A stretch of 64,000 nt of DNA, from the NCBI GenBank assembly GCA_035315965.1, contig DATFXJ010000062.1, positions 5,007-69,006 on the forward strand. Reading direction: 5' to 3'. The DNA comes from Pseudolabrys sp. Lineage in GTDB: Bacteria > Pseudomonadota > Alphaproteobacteria > Rhizobiales > Xanthobacteraceae. Shown here piece after piece: positions 8,367-17,958 of this stretch. The translations under genes were made by a program, and so were the position numbers. Within the stretch, counting starts at the first letter, position 1. The number at the start of each line of letters is the position of its first letter. The notes under the pieces are model-generated. The model saw only the letters and a program-made list of their open reading frames with translations, was not told the origin of the DNA and made no database searches.

Positions 8367-9563
8367 TCACGCCGCCATGCCGCAGTGACGCGGCAATTCA
8401 CAGGCAAGATCCAGGAGCGCCTCATCTCCGCCCGCCCAGCCAATGAAGGACAGGCCGATTGGGCATCCGTCGATCGTCCCTGCCGGGATGCTCATTTGCG
8501 GCAAGCCGGAGACGCCGGAGGTGCATGTCAATCGCATGACCCGAACGCGGAATTCTTCCAGTTCCGCGCCTGAAATTTCGACCTTGGGTGCAATGCACGG
8601 TGCAGTCGGCAACGCAAGAATCGTTCCGGGAGCCGTGATCTGCCGGATGTGCTCGCGTGCCTTGATCTGTACGCTGCGAGCGGCGTCGGCCTGCGTCCTC
8701 GTGACAGTGGCGGCAAATTCCATGCGCTCCCGCACGCCCGGACCGATGTTCGGCTTGTGCCTGGTGATAAATCCGCCGAATGTCTGCCACGTTTCGTAAG
8801 CCTGGACGATTCTGAACGCCTCGCGCCAGGTATCGAGACTCTCGGGCGCGATCTTGCCATGCACCATCTCCGGCAAGTCATCGCTCATGAATTCGAGGGC
8901 CGTGCGTAGCAGGTCCGCCACTGGTTCCTCCGCCTGCGCAAAAGCGTCTTCCAGCACGACAACGCGCTCGATCTTCACGGTCACACCACGGTCGTCCAGC
9001 AGCACAGCACCGATCTTACGGAATACGCCCGGCGTTGCCGCGAACCAGCCCGGTACGTCGAAGGTTGGGGCCATGTCGACAACGCCGCTGTGCTCGATGC
9101 GGTCATGCGTGGGCCGAAGGCCATAAATGCCGTTAAAGGACGCGGGGACTCGCACCGAGCCGCCGGTATCGCTGCCGAGCGCGAAATCGCACAAACCAGC
9201 GCCGCAGGCAGCAGCTGCGCCCGCGGACGATCCTCCGGGCAAGCGACCTGGTGCGCGTGCATTCACGGGCGTGCCGTAGTGCGCATTGGCGCCGCTCACG
9301 CTGTAGAAGAATTCATCGCACACAGTTTTGCCGGTGATGGTCGCGCCGGCGTTGAGTATTTTCTGCACCGGCGGGCAATGGCGCGTGGCAGGCGCGTGGC
9401 TTGCGAGCCATTCCGGGTTGCCGCAGCCAGTGCGCTCGCCCGCGATGTCGTACATGTCCTTGACCACCGCACTCAAGCCCGCGAGCGGCCCGCTGGCAGC
9501 GCCTTTGATCGGAGCTTTGATGTCATGCGGAACGAAGCAAGTGCGATAGGCATGCGGCAGCAT
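8367..9563 (-). CDS. Amidase signature family amidase
   Basis: VKDMYD (catalytic Lys), PGGSSAG and GSDTGGSVRVPAS (Ser-cisSer-Lys triad). Start set at ATG 9563. Confidence 0.9.
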   Translation of the reverse strand: MLPHAYRTCFVPHDIKAPIKGAASGPLAGLSAVVKDMYDIAGERTGCGNPEWLASHAPATRHCPPVQKILNAGATITGKTVCDEFFYSVSGANAHYGTPVNARAPGRLPGGSSAGAAAACGAGLCDFALGSDTGGSVRVPASFNGIYGLRPTHDRIEHSGVVDMAPTFDVPGWFAATPGVFRKIGAVLLDDRGVTVKIERVVVLEDAFAQAEEPVADLLRTALEFMSDDLPEMVHGKIAPESLDTWREAFRIVQAYETWQTFGGFITRHKPNIGPGVRERMEFAATVTRTQADAARSVQIKAREHIRQITAPGTILALPTAPCIAPKVEISGAELEEFRVRVMRLTCTSGVSGLPQMSIPAGTIDGCPIGLSFIGWAGGDEALLDLACELPRHCGMAA

Positions 9564-9579
9564 TTTGCGGTGTGTCTCT

Positions 9580-10467
9580 TTATTTGTGCGCGTTATTCTG
9601 CGCGGCCAGATACCAGTCGAGGATTTTTGCGCCATCCCAGGTTACGACGCCGTCATGCGAAAGGATCTCCGCAAATGTCCGCTCCACATGGCCGATGCGA
9701 TGAGGCACGCCAGAGAGATAGGGGTGGCAGGCCATCGCCATAATTTTCGGCCGCTCGGCCGATTCCTTATAGAGCGTCATAAAGTGGTCTAGCGCACGGG
9801 CGTGCCATTCGTTTGAGGGAAGGTGTTGCAGCGCCATCATGACGATGTCGTGGATTTCGAAATTGTAAGGCAGCGCCACAACCGGTTTGTGAGCGGTCTC
9901 CAGCGTCACCGGCTCATCGTCGAGCACCCAGTCACCGATATATTCGACACCCGCTTCCGAAAGATAGTCGAGCGTATCGAAGGTCTGGGTCAGCCCCGGA
10001 CCAAACCAGCCGCGCGGACGATTGCCGGAGAATTTCTCGATTACGTCCATGGACTTCATGATGACGGCGCGCTGGTTGTCGAGTTTGTGCATCGGGATTT
10101 GGTCGTAACCGTGCGCGTTGAGCTCCCAGCCGCTGTCGAGACACGCTTGGACGACCAGCGGATATGTTTCGCAGACTTTGGCATTAAGCGTTACCGTCGG
10201 AGTGATCCCGAGCTTGAGCATCATCTTGCGCAGCCGCCAGAATCCGACGCGCATGCCGTATTCATGCCAACTCCAGTTCGGATGGTCCGGTAGCATCGGC
10301 TGCCCTTGCGGCGGCGAAATGACCATGCGCGCCATTGGCCGCGCCATGTCCCACTCCTCAAGCGCCAGCACCGGCCAGATCACCAGCCGCACACCTTTCG
10401 GCAATTTGAGCGGCGGCCGGCCGTCGATCGGCGAATAGGCTAGTCGTTCACGCGGATGCATGGGCAT
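9580..10467 (-). CDS. CE4/polysaccharide deacetylase fold, PuuE-like hydrolase (paralog 1)
   Basis: RLAYSPIDGRPPLKLP, LEEWD, WHEYGMRVGFWR, AHGYDQ, DDEP and HPY motifs. Confidence 0.85.
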   Translation of the reverse strand: MPMHPRERLAYSPIDGRPPLKLPKGVRLVIWPVLALEEWDMARPMARMVISPPQGQPMLPDHPNWSWHEYGMRVGFWRLRKMMLKLGITPTVTLNAKVCETYPLVVQACLDSGWELNAHGYDQIPMHKLDNQRAVIMKSMDVIEKFSGNRPRGWFGPGLTQTFDTLDYLSEAGVEYIGDWVLDDEPVTLETAHKPVVALPYNFEIHDIVMMALQHLPSNEWHARALDHFMTLYKESAERPKIMAMACHPYLSGVPHRIGHVERTFAEILSHDGVVTWDGAKILDWYLAAQNNAHK

Positions 10468-10472
10468 AAGGG

Positions 10473-11378
10473 CTACGCCGATTTCGGCCCGACCTTTGTA
10501 TACCAGTCGGCGATCCGCGATCCGGTCCAGAACAGCACGTCGCGCTTTTTGCGGATCTTCTCGTAGATCTTACGGAAATATTTCGTTCGGTGCGGCGCGC
10601 CCATGATGTAAGGGTGCACTGAAATCGCCATCACCCGCGCCGAGCCCTTAGCATCCTTGTAGATCTGCTCGAACTGGTCCATCGCCCGCTCATAGAACTC
10701 CGACGCCTTGTGATGCTGAATCAGCATCATGGCGACGTCGTTGCATTCTTGCGTATAGGGAATGTTGAGGATCGACTTGGTGCGCGTCTTCATCCATACG
10801 GGCTGGTCGTCGAGCACCCAGTCGGCCACATAGTCGTAGCCTTCTTCCGCCAGGATATCGGGCGTTTCCCAGGTTTCAGTCAGGCCGGGTCCGAGCCAGC
10901 CGCGCGGACGCTTTCCCGTCGCTTTTTCCAGCACCTCAGCGCTCCTGCGGATATCCACACGCTCGTTTTCGACCTTTTGCATGTTTCGCTGGGTGTATCC
11001 ATGGCCGATGAATTCCCAGTTGCGCTCGATGCAAGCCTTCACGATGTCCGGATAGGTCTGCACCGCGACACCGTTGACGTTCATCACGCCAGGAATCTTG
11101 AAGTCGTCGTAAACCTGTAGCAGCCGCCAGAAGCCAACGCGGTTGCCGTATTCGTGCCAGCACCAATTCGGAATGTCAGGCATCGGCGAGCCGCCGGCGG
11201 GCGGGGTGAGCACCGTCCGCGGCATAGTCTGCGTCGGGTCCCATTCCTCGACATTGGTGATGGTCCACACCACCATGCGCGCGCCGTTCGGCAACTTCAG
11301 CGGCTTGCGTGTGGTGATCGCGGAATAATCGAGACGGTCGTTTGGCAGCATGCCGACAGCGGGCTTGGGGAAATTCAT
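10473..11378 (-). CDS. CE4/polysaccharide deacetylase fold, PuuE-like hydrolase (paralog 2)
   Basis: RLDYSAITTRKPLKLP, NVEEWD, WHEYGNRVGFWR, GHGYTQ, DDQP and HPY motifs. Confidence 0.85.
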   Translation of the reverse strand: MNFPKPAVGMLPNDRLDYSAITTRKPLKLPNGARMVVWTITNVEEWDPTQTMPRTVLTPPAGGSPMPDIPNWCWHEYGNRVGFWRLLQVYDDFKIPGVMNVNGVAVQTYPDIVKACIERNWEFIGHGYTQRNMQKVENERVDIRRSAEVLEKATGKRPRGWLGPGLTETWETPDILAEEGYDYVADWVLDDQPVWMKTRTKSILNIPYTQECNDVAMMLIQHHKASEFYERAMDQFEQIYKDAKGSARVMAISVHPYIMGAPHRTKYFRKIYEKIRKKRDVLFWTGSRIADWYTKVGPKSA

Positions 11379-11444
11379 GCGCGGGCGTTCCTCGGGATAT
11401 GATTGGCTGGCAGTTTTACAGTTAGCCCGGGTATTGTACAGGCC

Positions 11445-12287
11445 ATGAAGCTTGTTCGTTATCGCTCTGCGGTTGGTGAAAAGCCCGGTCTGATTCTAGA
11501 TGGCGAAGTGTTCGACCTGTCGGGTAGCTTTGCCGCCCTCAACCCGCGCGCACCGACGTTTGCCGACATCGAGGCGATCGCGGCTGTACCTGCGAAAGCA
11601 CTGTCGAAAGCGGAGAAGGGCGTCGTGCTGGGCCCGCCTTTGCGCGGCATCGGCAAAATCATTGGCGTTGGCCTGAACTATCGCGATCATGCGGAGGAAA
11701 CCGGCCTACCTTTGCCGAAGGAGCCGACGCTATTTCTAAAAGCCACCAGCGCGCTTTGCGGGCCGACCGACGATCTCGTCGTGCCGCACGGGGCAAAGAG
11801 CGTCGACTGGGAGATCGAGCTCGGCGTGGTGATCGGCAAGCCCGGCGTCTATATCGCGGAGCGGGACGCGCTCGACCATGTGCTTGGTTATTGCGTCGGC
11901 ATCGATTTTTCCGAGCGTGACTTCCAATTCAATCGTGGCGGGCAGGGCTTCAAGGGCAAGAGCGCCGATACTTTCGCGCCGCTCGGTCCGTTCCTGGCGA
12001 CACGCGACGAGATCGCGGATCCACAGAAACTGGCACTGCGCCTCGCAGTCAACGGCGTCGGCAAGCAGAACGGCAATACGCGCGAGATGATTTTTTCGGT
12101 TGCCGAGCTTGTTTCCTACATCAGCCGCTTCATGAGTCTTCAGCCGGGCGACGTGATCCTCACCGGCACGCCTGCGGGCGTCGGCCTCGGCCACAAGCCG
12201 CCGGTTTATCTTAAGGCCGGCGATGTGGTGACGGCCTCGATCGAAGGCCTCGGCGAGCAGAGCCATAAAGTGGTGACTGGCGGATAG
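11445..12287 (+). CDS. Fumarylacetoacetate hydrolase family protein
   Basis: GVGLNYRDH, DWEIELG, DFSERD, KSADTF and GDVILTGTPAGVG motifs. Start at ATG 11445. Confidence 0.9.
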   Translation: MKLVRYRSAVGEKPGLILDGEVFDLSGSFAALNPRAPTFADIEAIAAVPAKALSKAEKGVVLGPPLRGIGKIIGVGLNYRDHAEETGLPLPKEPTLFLKATSALCGPTDDLVVPHGAKSVDWEIELGVVIGKPGVYIAERDALDHVLGYCVGIDFSERDFQFNRGGQGFKGKSADTFAPLGPFLATRDEIADPQKLALRLAVNGVGKQNGNTREMIFSVAELVSYISRFMSLQPGDVILTGTPAGVGLGHKPPVYLKAGDVVTASIEGLGEQSHKVVTGG

Positions 12288-12322
12288 GTGACAGCAGCGC
12301 GGCCATACGTTGGATGACGGCC

Positions 12323-13324
12323 TCAGCTCCCCTTCTCGTCGTGGATCTCTGGGAAGAAGTAATCTTTCCACGACGCGGGCTTGGCCTTGAGGGTGCCGAC
12401 CACCGCCATGAAGTCCGCATATTTCATGGTGTTTTCGGGGGTCAGAGTCCAGCGCACCTGCGGGCCGGCGACAATCTTGCCGACCATGTCGATCGACAGT
12501 TTCGATTTCGAATCCTCGATCCACAGAGCAGCCGCGGCCGTCTTGTCCTTATTGACGATATCGGTCGCTTCCTTCAGTGCCGCCACCAGCGCCTTGTAAA
12601 GAACCGGATTGCCGTCGCGGAATTTCGCCGGAGCCCAGACGGCGGTGAATGTATGCGAGCCGCTCATCACGTCGAAGGAATTGAGCACGGTGTGAACGGC
12701 GGGATCCTCGAGCTGCTGATACTGAAACGGCGGCACGCTGAATGCGGCACTGATCTGAGCGCCGCCCTTGAGCAACGCGACTGTGGCATCCGGCGGCGTC
12801 ATCGAAACCGTCAGCGGATCGAATCTCGCAAATTGTTTCGTGCCATACTCCTTCGCCGCCGCCATTTGCAGCGTGATCGCCTGCACCGAGGATCGCACAG
12901 CGGGCACGGCGATGCGGTCGCTTTCCTTGAAGTCCTTGATGGTCTTGATGGCGGGATCGCGACTGTTGAGCAAGAATGGCTGCGAGCTCAGCGCAGAAAT
13001 TCCGCGCACCTCCTGCGGAGTGCCTTTGCTGCGCGCCCAAAGCATGAGCAGTCCAGGCACACCGCCCGAACCGACATCAATATTGCCGGAAATCAGCGCT
13101 TCGTTGACCGCGGTTGGCCCGTTGAAGGTGAACCATGAAACTTTCACATCGTCGAGGCCGAGCGCTTTTGAATGCTTCTCAATGAGCTGTTGGTGCTCCA
13201 TCACGTTGAGCTGCAGGTAGCCCATGGAAAATTGCCGCGCGAGACGGATTTCCTCAGCCGGTGCAGACGCCTCCGCAAACAGCGCGAACGCTCCAATGAG
13301 GCTCGCGAATGCCTTGATACGCAT
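12323..13324 (-). CDS. ABC substrate-binding protein, SsuA/NMT1-like
   Basis: Sec-type signal peptide, FNGPTAVNEALISGNIDV and IAVPAVRSS motifs typical of class II binding proteins. Confidence 0.82.
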   Translation of the reverse strand: MRIKAFASLIGAFALFAEASAPAEEIRLARQFSMGYLQLNVMEHQQLIEKHSKALGLDDVKVSWFTFNGPTAVNEALISGNIDVGSGGVPGLLMLWARSKGTPQEVRGISALSSQPFLLNSRDPAIKTIKDFKESDRIAVPAVRSSVQAITLQMAAAKEYGTKQFARFDPLTVSMTPPDATVALLKGGAQISAAFSVPPFQYQQLEDPAVHTVLNSFDVMSGSHTFTAVWAPAKFRDGNPVLYKALVAALKEATDIVNKDKTAAAALWIEDSKSKLSIDMVGKIVAGPQVRWTLTPENTMKYADFMAVVGTLKAKPASWKDYFFPEIHDEKGS

Positions 13325-13375
13325 TTGAGTCTTCCCAAGACCGCCGATCTTGCTCTTATGGGCGGCGGCGCAACG

Positions 13376-14272
13376 CTATGCGGCAGCTTCGATCTTGGCA
13401 ATGCTGCGGTACCAGTCGAAGATCTGCTCGCCGTTCCAGTGCAGCACGCCTTCATGCTTGTTCACGTGATCGTAGATCTGCTCGAGATATTTGATCCGGT
13501 GCGGCTGCCCGCTAATGTAGGGATGGATCGCCAGCGCGCAGAATTTGGCGCGGGTCGTGCTCTCGCCATAAAGCCGGTCGAACTGGTCGATGGTGCGATT
13601 TAGCAGATAGTCGCTCTCGTGATGTTGGATTAGCATCATCGGAATGTCGTTTAGCTCGATGCTGTAGGGCAGGGTGACGAGCGGCCCCTTAGCGGTGCGG
13701 ATCACCGTCGGCTCATCGTCATAGACCCAGTCACCGATATATTTCACGCCCGCTGCCGCGAGCAATTCCGGCGTGTCCAGCGTTTGTGTCAGGCCCGGCC
13801 CGAGCCAGCCAACCGGCTTCTTGCCGGTGAATTTGGTCAGAATGTCCATGGTCCGCTTGATCATGACGGCCTGGTCGGTTTCCTTGTGAATCGGACCCTG
13901 CTCATAGGCGTGGGCCATAAACTCCCAGCCGGCATCGCGCGCCGCCTTTGCCACGCGCGGATAGTCCCCGCAGATACGCGCATTGGCGGCAAGCGTCGGC
14001 TTGATGCCGAGGCGTTTGAACAAATCGAAGAAACGCCAGCAGCCGACCCGCATGCCGTATTCGTGGAAGGCCCAATGCACGACGTCGGGCATGAGCTGAA
14101 CTCCCGTTGGGGCCGGGAGCAATTGCCGCGCCATCGGCTTGCCGATGTCCCAGACCTCGAAATTGACAGTGGTCCAGAATACAATGCGGGCATTGCCCGG
14201 CAATTTGAGCGGCGGGCGGTCGACGATCGCCGAGTAGTCGGCACGTTCGCGCGGAATCATCGGGCTGGACAT
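13376..14272 (-). CDS. CE4/polysaccharide deacetylase fold, PuuE-like hydrolase (paralog 3)
   Basis: RADYSAIVDRPPLKLP, NFEVWD, FHEYGMRVGCWR, AHAYEQ, DDEP and HPY motifs. Confidence 0.85.
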   Translation of the reverse strand: MSSPMIPRERADYSAIVDRPPLKLPGNARIVFWTTVNFEVWDIGKPMARQLLPAPTGVQLMPDVVHWAFHEYGMRVGCWRFFDLFKRLGIKPTLAANARICGDYPRVAKAARDAGWEFMAHAYEQGPIHKETDQAVMIKRTMDILTKFTGKKPVGWLGPGLTQTLDTPELLAAAGVKYIGDWVYDDEPTVIRTAKGPLVTLPYSIELNDIPMMLIQHHESDYLLNRTIDQFDRLYGESTTRAKFCALAIHPYISGQPHRIKYLEQIYDHVNKHEGVLHWNGEQIFDWYRSIAKIEAAA

Positions 14273-14292
14273 AAGAGACTTTCCTTTTCGAC

Positions 14293-14320
14293 GTCATTCC
14301 GGGGGCGGCGAACCCGTAAT
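14293..14320. repeat. Truncated REP-like element, family B
   Basis: GTCATTCCGGGGGCGGCGAACCCG matches the left arm of the copies at 17736 and 34955. Confidence 0.5.
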
Positions 14321-14330
14321 GTCAAGCATC

Positions 14331-15050
14331 TCACGCCGTCGCGGCCACGCGCAACCCGACCAGCCGTTCGAGCGTGGCGCTATCTCTCAACAACTGCGCA
14401 GAAGTTGCGCGGTGCGCCACAGCGCCACGCTCCAACACGATAGCTTCAGCCGTCAGTTCGAGCGCGAAGTCCGTGTGCTGCTCGACAAGGATAATGGCGA
14501 TGCGGCGGTCGGAGAGCATCGTCTTCATCGCGGCAATGAGCTCGTCGACGATTACAGGCGCGAGACCCTCGAATGGCTCATCGAATAGCATCAGTGTCGG
14601 ATTGGTCATCAGTGCGCGCGCGATTGCGAGCATTTGCTGCTCGCCGCCGGAGAGCTGGTTACCCATGTTGCGGCGGCGCTCGGCGAGGCGCGGAAAAAGT
14701 CTGAAAACCGCGTCAAGATCCCAGGAGCCTGGCTGCGCCGCGACCGTGAGATTCTCCTCGACCGACAGCGAGGGAAAGATTTCCCGCTCCTGGGCGACCC
14801 AGCCGATACCTTTGGTCGCGCGGCGGTTCGGAGGCATGCGCGAAATATCCTGACCGTGCCAAGTCACCTGACCACTGCGCAATTGTGTGTAGCCCATGAT
14901 GGTCATCAGCAATGTCGACTTACCGACGCCATTGCGGCCGAGCACTGCCAGGCTGCTGTTCTCTGGCAAGTCGAGCGAAATACCGTGCAGCACGACGGCG
15001 TCGCCATAACCGGCAGTAACGTTGTTGACCTTGAGCAAGGAGTCAGCCAT
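14331..15050 (-). CDS. Branched-chain-type ABC transporter ATPase (LivF-like)
   Basis: Walker A GRNGVGKS, LSGGEQQ signature and Walker B LMLFDEP. Start at ATG 15050. Confidence 0.9.
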   Translation of the reverse strand: MADSLLKVNNVTAGYGDAVVLHGISLDLPENSSLAVLGRNGVGKSTLLMTIMGYTQLRSGQVTWHGQDISRMPPNRRATKGIGWVAQEREIFPSLSVEENLTVAAQPGSWDLDAVFRLFPRLAERRRNMGNQLSGGEQQMLAIARALMTNPTLMLFDEPFEGLAPVIVDELIAAMKTMLSDRRIAIILVEQHTDFALELTAEAIVLERGAVAHRATSAQLLRDSATLERLVGLRVAATA

Positions 15051-15837
15051 GTTTGCGCTTGCCCAGATAGACTTCCCGCACGCCCGGGTCGGCAGCGATC
15101 TCGGCCGGCGAACCTTCCGTAAAGATCGCACCGCCGACCAGCACGATGATGTGGCTTGCGAAGCGAAACACAACGTGCATGTCGTGCTCAATAAACAATA
15201 AGGTGAGATCGTCCGACAGGCTCGCCACAGCCTCGAAGACTTCGCCGCTTTCTTCCTGCGGGACTCCGGCCGCCGGTTCGTCGAGCAGTAGAACTTTCGG
15301 CCCGGTTGCGAGCGCTAGCGCGATTTCCAGCAACCGTTGACGGCCGTAAGGCAATTCGCGCGTAACCTGGTAGCAGGACTCGCCTAGCCGCAATTTGCGT
15401 AGTATCTCGTAAGCCTCGTCGATGGCTTCGCCATGCGAGCCAAGGCCGCGCCAGAACTGCCCGGCGAGCCCGCGCCGTTCGGCCACTGCCAAGGTCACCG
15501 CCTCCAGCGCGTTGAGACCGGCGAACAGTGTGTTGATCTGGAATGTGCGCGCGAGCCCACGCCGCACCCGCTCCTGCGGACCAAGTTCGGTGATGTCCTT
15601 GCCGCCGAGCATAATTTGTCCGGCGTTGGGCGCCAGCATGCCAGTCATCAGGTTGATGAGCGTCGTCTTGCCCGCGCCGTTCGGCCCGATCAGCGCGTAG
15701 CGCGCGCCGACCGGTAGATTGATCTCGATGTTGCGTGCCACCGGCAGCGAACCGAACGCTTTTGACAGGCCGCGGGTAGCTAAAGCGATTGTGCGACTAG
15801 CGATCGCGTTCTCAGCTGGAGGCGTGGGTGTGCTCAT
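15043..15837 (-). CDS. Branched-chain-type ABC transporter ATPase (LivG-like)
   Basis: GPNGAGKT, LPYGRQR, LLDEPAAG and IEHDM motifs. Start at ATG 15837. Confidence 0.9.
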   Translation of the reverse strand: MSTPTPPAENAIASRTIALATRGLSKAFGSLPVARNIEINLPVGARYALIGPNGAGKTTLINLMTGMLAPNAGQIMLGGKDITELGPQERVRRGLARTFQINTLFAGLNALEAVTLAVAERRGLAGQFWRGLGSHGEAIDEAYEILRKLRLGESCYQVTRELPYGRQRLLEIALALATGPKVLLLDEPAAGVPQEESGEVFEAVASLSDDLTLLFIEHDMHVVFRFASHIIVLVGGAIFTEGSPAEIAADPGVREVYLGKRKHG

Positions 15838-16823
15838 TTGCGTCTCCACCGCGCATAGAATTCCGATAGGCCGCCGAGAATGCCGTTGGGGAGCACCATG
15901 ACAACCGTCACCAGGAGCATGCCCATCCAGAAATACCAATATTGCGGGGCGATGCCGGAGAACTGATCACGCGCGATCATGAAAATCGTCGCGCCGACCA
16001 ATCCACCATAAAGCCGCCCGGCACCACCCAGCACCAGCATCACAAGCACGTCAGCTGATCGCTGGAAACTGATCGATTCAAGCGAGACGTTTTCAGTCGT
16101 CTGCGCCAGCAGCGCTCCGGCAAGTCCCGCAATCGTTGCAGCGATGGTGTAAGCCTTGCGGATATGCGCGCGGCTGTCGGCGCCGATCGCCGGCATTCGT
16201 ATCCAGTTCTCCCGGATGCCACGCAGCGCCAGACCAAACGGGGAGTTGATCAGCCGGCGCACGCCCAGGAAAATGACGAACAATGCAGCCAGCGAATAGA
16301 TGTAGGCGACGTAGCCATAGAGATCGAACTTGAACAAACCGAGCACCGGCCACATCGAAATGCCTTGCAATCCGTCGCTGCCGCCGGTGAGCCAATGTGC
16401 GCGGTTTGCCGCCTCGAACGCGAGCAGACCAAGGCCGAGCGTGATCATGATGAGCGTAAAATGTCGGAAGCGCGAAATGACAAAACTGACAGCAAAACCG
16501 ACAAGTCCGGCCGCAACCGACGCCAGCACGAGACCGGTCAGTGGTTCGCCCCAGCCAAATTTGGAGATCAGTCCAGCGGAGTAAGCGCCGATGCCGAAGA
16601 AGGCCGCGTGGCCGAGCGAAACAATACCGGCATAGCCGAGGATGAGGTCAAGAGAGAGCGCGAACAGCGCGGTGATAGCAATCTGGCTTGTAAGCGACAA
16701 ATAGTTCGGGAACAGGAAGAACGGCAGCAGCGTCGAAAGCCAGAACGCAATCTCGAGCGGATGCCAGCGGCTCTGTGCCTGTAGATAGGCCTGCGGTGCC
16801 AACGCTGCGACTGCGGGCGGCAT
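15834..16823 (-). CDS. Branched-chain-type ABC permease (LivM-like)
   Basis: GYAGIVSLGHAAFFGIGAY, SPFGLALRGIREN and VMLVLGG motifs. Confidence 0.9.
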   Translation of the reverse strand: MPPAVAALAPQAYLQAQSRWHPLEIAFWLSTLLPFFLFPNYLSLTSQIAITALFALSLDLILGYAGIVSLGHAAFFGIGAYSAGLISKFGWGEPLTGLVLASVAAGLVGFAVSFVISRFRHFTLIMITLGLGLLAFEAANRAHWLTGGSDGLQGISMWPVLGLFKFDLYGYVAYIYSLAALFVIFLGVRRLINSPFGLALRGIRENWIRMPAIGADSRAHIRKAYTIAATIAGLAGALLAQTTENVSLESISFQRSADVLVMLVLGGAGRLYGGLVGATIFMIARDQFSGIAPQYWYFWMGMLLVTVVMVLPNGILGGLSEFYARWRRK

Positions 16824-16826
16824 GGT

Positions 16827-17690
16827 CTAGCGCCTCCCGAACAAGCCGGCTGGGCGCCACATGAGCACCACGACCATGACCAGATAAATCAGAAAGGCGC
16901 CAAGCTCAGGCGCGTAATATTTGCCGGCGACGTCGCTGACACCGATCAGAATTGCGGCGGCAAACGAGCCGGCAATGGAGCCGAGGCCGCCGACCGAAAC
17001 GATGATCAGCACATAGACCAAGTACGTGAAGGCGAAATTTGGATCGAGGCCGACGACCTCGATCGCGAGGGCGCCGCCGAGGCCCGCAAGACCGGATCCG
17101 AGAGCGAAGGTCGAGGCGAAGGTGCGATCGACATCGATGCCGAGCCCGCGCGCCATGCGCTGATTGTCAACCGCCGCGCGAACCTGCGCGCCGAAGCGCG
17201 TGTATTCCAGGCCTGCGACCAGCAGCATCGTGACTACCAATGCGATGCCGATCAGGAACAACCGGTACTTTCCAAGCCCGAGGCCGAGGAAATCGACCAC
17301 GCCGCGCAGTCCACTAGGCGTTTCGACCGGCTGCTGGGTCGTGCCGAAGATATAGGCGGCGATGGCGACGGAAATGAATGCAAGCCCGATGGTGAGCAGC
17401 ACCTGATCGAGGTCGCTGGCACGGTAGAGCCGTCTGTAAAGCACGCGTTCAAGAACGACACTCGCGATTGCCGCGGCCGCGAACGCCGGCGGCAGCGTCG
17501 CGAGGAACGGCCAATGAAGTTCGTTCACCAGCGTAATGGTAACGTAGCCGCCGAGCATTGCGAAAGCGCAATGGGCTAGGTTGACGAAGTTCATCAACCC
17601 GAGCGTCACCGACAACCCAACCGACAGCACGAACAGCAACATGCCGTAGGCGATGCCATCAAACAGGACACCAAAGACTGGGGAAAGCAT
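16827..17690 (-). CDS. Branched-chain-type ABC permease (LivH-like)
   Basis: GLSVTLGLMNFVNLAH, TRFGAQVRA and VSVGGLGS motifs. Confidence 0.9.
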   Translation of the reverse strand: MLSPVFGVLFDGIAYGMLLFVLSVGLSVTLGLMNFVNLAHCAFAMLGGYVTITLVNELHWPFLATLPPAFAAAAIASVVLERVLYRRLYRASDLDQVLLTIGLAFISVAIAAYIFGTTQQPVETPSGLRGVVDFLGLGLGKYRLFLIGIALVVTMLLVAGLEYTRFGAQVRAAVDNQRMARGLGIDVDRTFASTFALGSGLAGLGGALAIEVVGLDPNFAFTYLVYVLIIVSVGGLGSIAGSFAAAILIGVSDVAGKYYAPELGAFLIYLVMVVVLMWRPAGLFGRR

Positions 17691-17735
17691 GATGGCGCCG
17701 GTTGCCTTTGCTTAGCCCTTGCGCGGGGTTTGCCT

Positions 17736-17833
17736 CATCATTCCGGGGCGCGAATACCATGAACCCGGAATCCATACGCCCAGTTGGTGATTATGGATTC
17801 CTCGCTCATGGCTGTGCAGCGCCCCGGGATGAC
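17736..17833. repeat. REP-like palindromic element, family B (GAACCCGGAATCC...GGATTCC core)
   Basis: CATCATTCCGGGGCGC...GCGCCCCGGGATGAC terminal inverted repeat between livK and livH; homolog at 34955. Confidence 0.8.
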
Positions 17834-17958
17834 GAATAGATTGGTCAAACGCAACCATCATACGGATTTCTTGTCTATGGCGGCCATCCCGAATGCAGCG
17901 AATGGGACGACCTTGAGATCGCCCCATCCGGAAGTTCGTAAGAGCTCAGGGCGGCAAG

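Noticed and set aside
12314-13138. 274-aa plus-strand ORF
   Set aside because: Antisense shadow of the SBP gene, typical of high-GC DNA.
9580-14272. Calling the CE4 paralogs puuE or chitin deacetylases
   Set aside because: They lack the PuuE Trp, the D-H-H metal triad of polysaccharide deacetylases, and signal peptides.
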